DNA of 64,000 bases from Octopus sinensis (Eukaryota), in NCBI RefSeq assembly GCF_006345805.1, contig NC_043023.1:2170001-2234000 (forward strand), written 5' to 3'. Under the pieces are notes generated by a model. The model searched no databases. It was given only the letters and a program-made list of their open reading frames with translations, and had not been told where the DNA came from. The position numbers were made by a program, and so were the translations under genes. The first letter of the stretch is position 1, and each line of letters begins with the position of its first letter. Positions 53,488-64,000 of the stretch are shown here, in pieces.

Positions 53488-54566
53488 CAAGAGAAAAGAG
53501 GACATCTCTGGACCCCTGGTAAGGAGTTTGCAAATCCAGTAACCAAGATAAACTTTCAGCTTCATATCTTTTCTTAATGGGGCAGCAGGATACATACTGG
53601 CCCATCTGGAGCAAATTGGCTGAACTTGGGATCTTGGGGAGAGAATGCAAATCATTATTTCCTATACTACAAATGGTCTTGATATCTTGAACTATAAAAA
53701 TCTGCAGGACTTAAAAGGTTGATGGTTAAAACAAGATGCTTTCTGTCACATATTTGTAACCAAAGCAAATGATTGGTCAAAATTTGTCCCAAATTAAAAA
53801 GAGAAAGAGAACATACGTACGTATAACACAGCTGCTGCCACTACTACTACTGCTGCTACTACTACTACTACCACCACTACTACTATTACTACTACTACAA
53901 CTACGACTACTACAACCACCACCACCTCTACCACCACTACTACAACGACCACTGCTACTACTACTACTACCACCACCACGACCACCACCACTGCTACTAC
54001 TACTACTACTGTCCCCCTCATTTTTACTGTTACTGCCCTTGCTGCTATCATGTCTACGCCCACCACCACTACCATGGCCACCACCACTGCTGCTGCTGCT
54101 ACTATTACTACAACCATCACTGTCACCACAATCTACGGCCACCACAACAATAGCTGCTACTACTACTACTACTACCACTTTAACTACCACCCATACTATT
54201 ACTACCACCAGCAGCAGCAGCACTATTGCTGCCACTAACACTGTTACTACTACCGCTACTGCTACTACCACCACCACCACTACTACTACTACTACCAATA
54301 CTACTACTACTACTATCAAATATTGAGGCTTTCCTTGTCTTTTGCCTCATCATGTCTCCACCCTAACTCACACCTCCACAAACTCACCTGTTGTTCTATG
54401 CAATCTGTCATATTGTCAACTCTCTCTTCTGATTCTCATATATATACACACACACACACACGCGCATACATACATACATACATATATACATATGTATATA
54501 CATATATATATCTCGGCATATGCATATGTATAAATATATAAATGTACATACATATATAAATATATG

Positions 54567-54600
<34 letters not shown>

Positions 54601-54947
54601 TGCATACATGTATATATACATATATATATACACAAATATATATACACATGTATATATATATATATATATCTCGTTGTATGCATATGTATAGATATATAAA
54701 TGTACATACATATATAAACATATGCATATAAAACTACGATTTGTATGTCTGTGTGTATATATATATATATACATTTTATATACACACATGCACATATATG
54801 CATGTAAACATGTGAGTCTGTATACATATAATCATTAAATGGTAATGATGACATGTATATGCACACATTTGTGCATGTGTATGTATGTATATATATATAT
54901 GTATATATATATGCATATATAAATTTATACAGAAATATATGTTTTGG

Positions 54948-54983
<36 letters not shown>

Positions 54984-55411
54984 TACACAGACATTATCAC
55001 TTGTACATTCACACATGTTTCTTTTGAGTTATGTCCCTTATTTTTTTTGTATTATTCTTGCAAGTTATTCTTGCAGTGATTCTATGCTGTGAATGTGACA
55101 GGTACCGAAAACGTTATTAAAGGTGTTGGCGCCACAAATTTTCCTTTATGCAAATGAGTCTTGTCTCGTCTGTCAAAACTCTCAATACAATTCTTCATTT
55201 CTTTATCGATTTTATGTTATTATTATTATTATTATTATTATTTTTATTATATTGTGGCTTGCTTTGGTTTTTGTTTTTATAGCTGTATATTTTTACCTTT
55301 TTCATAATGTGATAATTTTGTCATGTATTCAGATAATGTTTATAGTTAAGGTGTTAACACAAGACAACAATATCAGTAATAATATGTAGTTCTATAGCAG
55401 CAGCAGCAGCA

Positions 55412-55780
55412 GGAGGCGCAGTGGCCCAGTGGTTAGGGCAGCGGACTTGCGCTCGGAGGATCGCGGTTTCGATTCCCAGGCCGGGCATTGTGTGTGTTTA
55501 TTGAGCGAAAACACCTAAAGCTCCACGAGGCTCTTGCAGGGGGTGGTGGTGACCCCTGTTGTACTCTTTCGCCCCAACTTTCTCTCACTCTTTCTTCCTG
55601 TTTCTTGTCCCTGACTTCCTATGTAACCGCTGACCCTGGATGTGCATTTATCTATCCATCGAGCCTCTCGGTGTCGGGGGTTGACCTGCTTTCTCTTCTG
55701 CGGGTCTTACGAATAGCAAAGGACCACGTTTCGGACTTCTCCCTTCTTGTGAGCTCTGGGATGGAGACCATTCGCTCAAC
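55412..55780 (+). mobile_element. tRNA-headed SINE sharing the family C head and body but with a different 3' tail
   Basis: A box TGGCCCAGTGG, B box GGTTTCGATTCC. Shares GAGCGAAA..CAC.TAA.GCTCCACG and TCTTTCGCC.CAACTTTCTCTCACTCTTT with 11400-11701, then diverges. Sits in (AGC)/(AGT)n. Confidence 0.75.
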
Positions 55781-56113
55781 AGCAACAGCAGCAGCAGTAG
55801 TAGTAGTAGTAGTAGTAGTAGAGTAGTACAAATAATCATAATGATAATGGTTTCACATTTTTACACAAGGGTAGCAAGATCAGGGGAAGGGGTAAATTGA
55901 TTACATCAACCCCCAGTATTCAAATGGTATTTCTTTTATTAACCCTAAAAGGATGAAAGGTAAAGTCGACCTTGGCAGAATTTGAACCCAGAATGTAGCG
56001 ACGGGTAAAAGACTGCTAAGCATTTCATCCAGTGTGCTAATGATTCTGCCAGTTAGCTACCTTAATAATAATAATAATAATAATAAACAATAATAATAAT
56101 AATAATAATAATA

Positions 56114-56490
56114 GGCACAGCATGGTTGTGTGGTAAGAAGCTTTCTTTCCAATCGCATGGTTCTGTGTTCAGTTCCATTGTGTGGCATCTTGTCTTCTAT
56201 TATAGCCTTGAACCGACCAAAGCCTTGTGAGTGGATTTGGTAGATGGAAACTGAAAGAAGCCCATTATATATATATATCTATATGTATATGTTTGTGCGT
56301 CTGTGTTTTGTCCCCAACCGTCGCTTGACAACTGATGTTGGTGTATTTACGTCCCCGTAACTTAGCGGTTCAGCAAAAGAGATCAAAAGAATAAGTACTA
56401 GGCTTACAAAGTCCTCCTGGGGTTGAATTGTTCGATTAAAGGTGGTGCTCCAGCATGGCCAAAGTCAAATGACTGAAACAAATAAAAGAA
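56114..56490 (+). mobile_element. Family A SINE
   Basis: Diverged full copy. Confidence 0.75.
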
Positions 56491-56627
56491 TAAATGATGG
56501 TGACAATGATGATTTCAAGATTTGGCACAAGGCCAGCAATTTTGAGGGAGGGTGTAAATTACATTGACATCATTACTGAACTTGTTTTACTGATCCTTAA
56601 AGGACGAAAGGCTAAGTTGACCTCGGA

Positions 56628-57008
56628 GGAGTGGCTGTGTGGTAAGTAGCTTGCTTACCAGCCACATGGTTCCAGGTTCAGTCCTACTGCGTGGCACCTT
56701 GAGCAATTGTCTTCTACTATAGCCTCGGGCCGACAAAAGCCTTGTGAGTGGATTTGGTAGACGGAAACTGAAAGAAGCCAGTCGTATATAGTATATATAT
56801 ATGTGTGTGTGTATATGTTTGTCCCCCCAACATTGCTTGACAACCAATGCTGGTGTGTTTACGTCCCCGTAACTTAGCGGTTTGGCAAAAAGAAACCGAT
56901 AGAATAAGTACTAGGCTTACAAAGAATAAGTCCTGGGGTTGATTTGCTTGACTAAAAAGGTGATGCTCCAGCATGGCCACAGTCAAATAACTGAAACAAG
57001 TAAAAGGG
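56628..57008 (+). mobile_element. Family A SINE
   Basis: Full head and tail. Confidence 0.85.
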
Positions 57009-57500
57009 TAGAGTAATCTTCATAAATTGTCATCATCATCATCATTATTATTGATTTAGACACAAGGCTAGCGGTTTTGACTGGAAGGGGTCAGTTGATG
57101 CAATCGACCTCAGTACTTGACTGATTCTTAATCTTATTGACCCTCAGATGGATGGAATCCAAAATTGATTCCACCTGGATTTGAACTCACGCTCTACAAA
57201 CTTATGATGAAGCTCCCAGTTAACCAGATGGATGGAACACATGTCCTTCCCCAGAAATATGGTAAGTGGTTCTTCTCACTTTTTTCCTTTTGTGAATGCA
57301 AATGGCCTGTATGGCGCCTGCATTGCCTTGGCAGCAGAGTTACCTGTTCAAAGTCTTCAAGTCAGTAGATATAGATGTGGTGGCCTTCAGTGAGATGAGA
57401 ATTTCTGAGGCCTGAGCTTTCATATATCTTTGATGGCCATAAGGTGTATGCAGCTCCAAGACTACTAGGGGGAAGGGGTAAATTGATTACATTGACCCCA

Positions 57501-58030
57501 GCGAACTGGCAGAAACATTAGCACGCCGGGCGAAATGTATAGCCATATTTCGTCTGCCGTTACGTTCTGAGTTCAAATTCTGCCGAGGTCGACTTTGCCT
57601 TTCATCCTTTCGGGGTCGATAAATTAAGTACCAGTTATGCACTGGGGTCGATGTAATCGACTTAATCTGTTTGTCTGTCCTTGTTTGTCCCTTCTATGTT
57701 TAGCCCATTGTGGGTAGTTAAGAAATAGATTACATTGACCCTAGTATTCAAATGGTACTTAATTTATTGACCCTGAACGGATGAAAGTTAAAGTTGACCT
57801 TGGCGGAATTTGAACCCAAAATGTAGCAATAAGTGAAATACTTATCTCTTTATTGCCCACAAGGGGCTAAACATAGAGGGTACAAACAAGGACAGGCAAA
57901 CGGATTCAGTGGGTTATATCGACCCCAGCGCGTAACTGGTACTTATTTAATCGACCCTGAAAGGATGAAAGGCAAAGTGGACCTCAGCGGAATTTGAACT
58001 CAGAACATAACGGCAGACGAAATACCGCTC
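57501..58030. mobile_element. Family B SINEs as a close inverted pair (+57501-57727; -57842-58030) with a further minus fragment between
   Basis: Reverse-complement homology was read directly. Confidence 0.75.
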
Positions 58031-58242
58031 AGGGCATCAGGATCACAGAGTTGTTCTGGAGAGGCCTGGATCTCATGATGCAAACCATCTTTGTTGATCC
58101 ATAATGAAACTAGTGGAACTAAGCTTGACAGCAGAAAAAGCTATACCTTCAAAATCACCATAATCATCTGGTCAGTTGACTTGTCTTTTCCACACCATTT
58201 ACCTTAATTGGTGATGTATCTATCTATCTATCCATCTATCTA

Positions 58243-58275
<33 letters not shown>

Positions 58276-58375
58276 ATCTATCTATCTATCTATCTATCCA
58301 TCTATCTATCTATCTATCTATCAGTCTATCTATCTACATCCATCTATCTATCTATCAGTCTATCTATCTACATCC

Positions 58376-58410
<35 letters not shown>

Positions 58411-58462
58411 GGTATATAAATATATATTTTAATCTATCACTTTCTTTATATGTATCTCTCTC

Positions 58463-58539
<77 letters not shown>

Positions 58540-58742
58540 TATCTCACTCCATATATAACTTCTATCTATCTGTCCGTTTGCCAGTCTGTCTGCTTGTCTG
58601 TCTGTCTATATATCTACGGTGTGTGTGTGTGTATTTGCATGTATGTGCTTACACACACACGCACTTATATATAAATACACACATGCATATATGTAGATAC
58701 AAATATATATATAGGATATATATATAGATACTATATATATAT

Positions 58743-58778
<36 letters not shown>

Positions 58779-59899
58779 ATGTATGTATGTATATGCACAC
58801 ACATACATACATGCACACACACATACACACATATACAAGCACAAATAATACACAAACTCTGCTATATAAATTCTGACACATCGATCACATGATTGACAGG
58901 TTCATGACATCACGAATAATTAAAGCAAAAGACAAAGTATGACAGAAAGACAGCAACAGGGCATCTGTAGAATGTTGGAAACTGGGGACTAACGCTGGGG
59001 CGGTGGCGGCGGCGGAAGGGATGGTGGTTGTGGTGGTGATGGTGGTGGTGGTGGTGGTGGTGGTGATGGTGGTTGTGGTGGCGGTGGTGGTGATGGTGGT
59101 GGAGGCCATGGTGGTGATGGTGGTGGTGGTGGTGATGGTGGTGGTGGTGGTGGTGGCGGTGGTGGTGGTGGTGGTGACAGTGATGGTGGTTATGGTGGTA
59201 GTGGTGGTGATGGTGGCAGTGGTAGTGATAGTGGTGGTGGTGGTGTTGGTAGTGGTGGTGGTGGCAGTGGTGATGGTGGCAGCGATGGTAGTGGTGGCAG
59301 TGGTTGTGGTGATGGTGGTGGTAGTGGTTGAGGTGGTGGTGGTGGTGGTGGTGGTGGTCCTTGTTGTGGTGGTGGTGATAGTAGTGGTGATGGTGTTGAT
59401 GGTGACAGTGGCGGTGGTGGTGGTGGTTTTTGGCAGGGGGTGGGGTGAGGGTGGTTTTGGCAGGGGGGGGGGGGTGAGGGTGGTGAGTTGTTGCCCATGG
59501 TTGTGGTTTGATGATGTGAAAACATATATGTATGTGTTTGTGTGTGTATGAATATGAGTATATATATTTGTATTGTATATATATATGTGTGTGTGTATAT
59601 TTATATACATATATACATACATATATATATATATTTATTCACACGCATACATGATCATTTATATACATATATACATATACTCATACACAAACACATATAT
59701 ATTTAAATACATACATATATATATATATGCACACAAACATATATGCACACTCACATATAAATATATATTCATTTATACATAAAGCACAAATTCGTATATG
59801 AACATATATATACACACACACACACATATATGTATACACATATACATGTATGTCCTTATGTGGGGGTGTGTGCATGTACACACAAGCACATGCACACAC

Positions 59900-60420
59900 A
59901 CCTATACACACTCATACATGCATGTGTATATGTATGTCTGTATGTATGTAAGTGTGTACATATGTATGTATATATGTGTATGTAAGTATGTACGTATGTA
60001 AGTATGTATATATGTATGTATATATGTGTATGTATGTATGTACATAAGTAAGTATGTACATATGTATCTATGTGTGTGTAGGTATGTATGTCCATATGTA
60101 AGTATGAACATATGTATGTATATATGTGTATGTATGTATGTACGTATGTAAGTATGTACATATGTATCTATGTGTGTGTATGTATGTATGTCCATATGTA
60201 AGTATGAACATATGTATGTATATATGTGTATGTATGTATGTACATAAGTAAGTATGTACATATGTATCTATGTGTGTGTAGGTATGTATGTCCATATGTA
60301 AGTATGAACATATGTATGTATATATGTGTATGTATGTATGTACGTATGTAAGTATGTACATATGTATCTATGTGTGTGTATGTATGTATGTCCATATGTA
60401 AGTATGAACATATGTATGTA
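59900..60420. repeat. (GTAT)-derived 100-bp repeat organised as 200-bp dimers
   Basis: TATGTATCTA at 60061, 60161, 60261 and 60361. Diagnostic variants alternate (GGTATG/TGTATG; TACATAAGTA/TACGTATGTA). Confidence 0.85.
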
Positions 60421-60913
60421 TGTGTGTGTGTGTGTGTGTGTATGTCTGCATTGCAAGGGTGGATCATTTTGCAAAGCTTTGTCTTGGTTTAGAATTACTG
60501 GTGTAGGAAAAGGGCAGCCTGAGAGTCCTTCATGGAAACCCTCAGAGAGAGAAAAAACACTATCGGATGGCTTTTAACTAAAGGGGCCTAACATGCATCT
60601 TGTTCCTGTTGGGATTCAAGCTTGGATTTCATCGACCCCGGTTGGGTCAACTGGGTGAGGGGTCTAATGTTTAAAGCCCCAAATCCCCTTAAGACCCAGA
60701 GTCTATCACCGATGATGCATCACAGAGCATGTAACTTTGAACTAAGATAAAATACGCATTCAGATGTATATATATGTATATATTTATATATAGATGTGTG
60801 TATGCATGCATGTGTGTGTATGTGTGCAAACACATAAGTATGTCTACAGATATTCCTGAGTGTGTGTATGTGAGTATGTTGTATATGTATATATACATAT
60901 GTATATATATATG

Positions 60914-60963
<50 letters not shown>

Positions 60964-60990
60964 TTATATATATAAATTATAAATAAGTTG

Positions 60991-61595
60991 CAGGAGTGGC
61001 TGTGTGGTAAGTAGCTTGTTTACCAACCACATGGCTCCAGGTTCAGTCCCACTGCGTGGTACCTTGGGCCAGTGTCTTCTACTATAGCCCCAGGCCAACC
61101 AAAGCCTTGTGAGTGGATTTGGTAGACGGAAACTGAAATAAGGGTGTCGTATATACTCTTTTACTTGTTTCAGTCATTTGACTGTGGCCATGCTGGAGTA
61201 CCACCTTTAGTCAAACAAATCGACCTCAGGACTTATTCTTTGTAAGCCTAGTACTTATCCTATCGGTCTCTTTTGCTGAACTGCTAAGGTACGGGGATGT
61301 AAACACACCAGCATCGATTGTCAAGTGATGTTGGGGGGGATAAACACAACACACAAACATACACATATATATATACTCTTTTAGTCTTTTACTTGTTTCA
61401 GTAATTTGACTGCAGCCATGCTGGAGCACCGCCTTTAATTGAACAACTCGACCCCGGGACTTATTCTTTTGTAAGCCCAGTACTTATTCTATCGGTCTCT
61501 TTTGTCGAACTGCTAAGTGTCGGAGACGTAAATACACCAGCATCGGTTGTCAAGCAATGCTAGGGGGACAAACACAGACACACAAACATACATGC

Positions 61596-61638
<43 letters not shown>

Positions 61639-61995
61639 TACGACGGGCTTCTTTCAGTTTCCGTCTACCAAATTCACTCACAAGGCTTTGGTCGGCCCGA
61701 GGCTATAGTAGAAGACACTTGCCCAAGGTGTCACGCAGTGGGACTGAACCCGGAACCAAGTTGTTTGGTAAGCAAGCTACTTACCACAGAGCCACTCCTA
61801 CACCATATATATGTGTGTGTGTGTATGTATATGTCTGTGTGTGTTTACGTTCCTGTCACTTAACGATTCGGCAAAAGAGATCGATAGAATAAGTACTAGG
61901 CTTCCAAAGAATAAGTCCTGGGGTCGATTTGATCAACTAAAGGTGGTGCTCCAGCATGGCCACAGTCAAATGACCAAAACAAATAAAAGAATAAA
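60991..61995. mobile_element. Nested family A cluster: a plus copy (head 60991-61152, tail ~61811-61995) enclosing a minus tail-half (~61155-61375) and a minus full copy (~61376-61801)
   Basis: The order and orientation of the head and tail modules were read directly. Confidence 0.75.
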
Positions 61996-62412
61996 AAAAA
62001 GCAAAAATTTTCTTCGCCAATATGCTGTAAAATAGACCCTAAATCGTGTAACCTCAAAATATTTTCACTATATTATTGCACTATGCATCTAAACAAGGAT
62101 ATATTTGGGATACTTAAATATATTTAGGACTTTGTATCTGCTTTTCTGTGCATATGTCTAAGTATTTTGTTTATTTTCATTTTGTGTTCCTCAATGATGA
62201 AGGCAAAATCCTTTTGGATTAATCCAGAAATCAGAACTGATTCTGGGATAATTAAAATCTTTATGAATTTCTGTTAGCTTTCTTTTCTCATTTCAACACA
62301 TTGTGTAATTATCTAAGTGAAAATATTTTACGTGGTTAGACGATTTTAGCATCTACTTTTCAGCATATTGGCAAAGGAATTTTTGTAATTGTATTTATAA
62401 TTTTCACCTTAA

Positions 62413-62630
62413 CCCTTTAGTATTTAAACCGGCCATATCCGGCCAAAATATTTAATCTGTTTTATGTTCAAACTAACTAGATCTAGGCTCTCACACCTAT
62501 CCTACAATGTTATTCTACATTAAGTAATTACACCATCAAGATCTTGAAGATATGAGATAATGCATGATTAATTCAAATCAATGGGAATCAATAAGCATTA
62601 TGTTTGATTGATAATCTGAACACTAAAGGG
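62413..62630. mobile_element. piggyBac-like MITE, different family (218 bp)
   Basis: TTAA|CCCTTTAGTATT ... AACACTAAAGGG|TTAA. Confidence 0.7.
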
Positions 62631-63153
62631 TTAAAAGGTATTTTTCATATGCTGGCCATTGATGCAATTTTTTAATAAAATTTTATCCTTATACTAGCAT
62701 ACTCCAACACACAAAACACCTTTTCTCTTCCATTGAATGCCATTTCTTTACCTGAAAAGATAAACATATCAAACATCAAACATAAAATTTTGACCTGTTT
62801 CTACACATGCTGTTAAGATTTGAAGTCATTTGAACAAGAACTGGCAAAGGTATTAGATTGCGAAATAATCTCAAATTTTTTTAAACACCCTGTCTATACA
62901 CACACACATATTTATATTAAGGGCATTACTATACATAAATGCCTCACGCTAGGAGGGACTCTTAAAGTCAAAACTACTATAATAACCACAGTGTATTGTA
63001 GTAGTTTTGACTTTAAGAGTCCTTCCTAGTGTGAGGCATTTATGTATAGTAATGCCCTTACTATAAATAAATATATTTAAAGGAATATTAATAAATTTTT
63101 CCCTTATGATGTTTTCCACGCTAACTACTTGATAATTCTTATAAAGATTTTAT

Positions 63154-63194
<41 letters not shown>

Positions 63195-63195
63195 T

Positions 63196-63240
<45 letters not shown>

Positions 63241-64000
63241 CACATACATTAATCCCTCACCATACCGTGGTTCCCCTATCGCAGTTTATCATTTAAGCTT
63301 TTGTCGATTCCTCCATAGTGTTGTTTTGTATTTATAATAAAATAAATATATACAAATGCTAAATATAATTTTAAAAAATACATGGTACAGTACTGTTTCT
63401 ACTTTTTAGATTTTTACCTATCACAGTGGGGGTGGGGGGTTGAAATGCAACACCTCCGATAATCAAGGGATTACTGAATATACATACACATGTCCCTCAA
63501 AGCACATGTGCCTTTCCCTTATAATGATGGAAGCAGGCAGAACATTTCCTTACAGCTGTTTCTTGGTGAGATGAGTTCTCCAGGATGTGTTTTAGACTGC
63601 TGCTAACATTTAGATGTAGGTTCCTTCTAACTAGGATTCCAGTTTTTTGGCAAGCCTCCAGGCTGTTGTTTTATATAAAAGGACTGATTCTGTAGTTTCC
63701 TGGGAAAAAAATTCCTCTCATGGTAGGATTTCCTGTTTGTTTAGGGTCAACCATGCTTCGGCTGTCCAAGGTTTTACATCCTTTTCAGTTGAGGCTATCT
63801 CAGAACTGAGGTGCATACAATTATCAACTTGACCGATGGGAACTCTGTTGAATGTGAGCAATAAATTTGGTTTTATCTGCATTTCATCTTTCCATACGTT
63901 TTCTGTTGAGGTCTTTACTTTTCATCCTTTTTGGGGTCGATAAAATAAGTATGAGTTGAATGTGGGGGTGGGGGTCAGTGTAATGCCCCCCCCCCCGCGA

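Noticed and set aside
57330-57460. Possible host exon near GGTAAGT (~57260) and the VDIDVVAFSEMR peptide
   Set aside because: The peptide resembles a decayed LINE AP-endonuclease motif (IDIxALSExR) and is followed by stops. There is no coherent exon chain.

Overview
Eukaryotic, AT-rich, microsatellite-saturated DNA with no recognisable host protein-coding gene. The SINE repertoire and (TA)/(CA)/(GAT)n density suggest an octopod cephalopod (inference). Almost all six-frame ORFs are artefacts of simple repeats. The one credible ORF (17901-18947, minus) encodes a Penelope-like (Neptune-type) GIY-YIG endonuclease with no RT domain. It is followed by a type I hammerhead ribozyme and a terminus abutting (TA)n. 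A diverged relative of that terminus forms a fold-back at 6931-7304 with a hammerhead on each strand and compensatory stem changes. Further intact or decayed hammerhead motifs and five more unrelated fold-backs, mostly TA-anchored, are scattered through the window. Also present: about 20 copies or fragments of a bipartite tRNA/CORE-like SINE, three other tRNA-headed SINE families, a repeat family with an RTE-like tail, two RLE-type LINE relics, Helitrons, TTAA MITEs, several higher-order minisatellites, and a young 142-bp satellite whose apparent single-copy progenitor lies across a 100-N gap. Coordinates were read by eye, so repeat edges are approximate.
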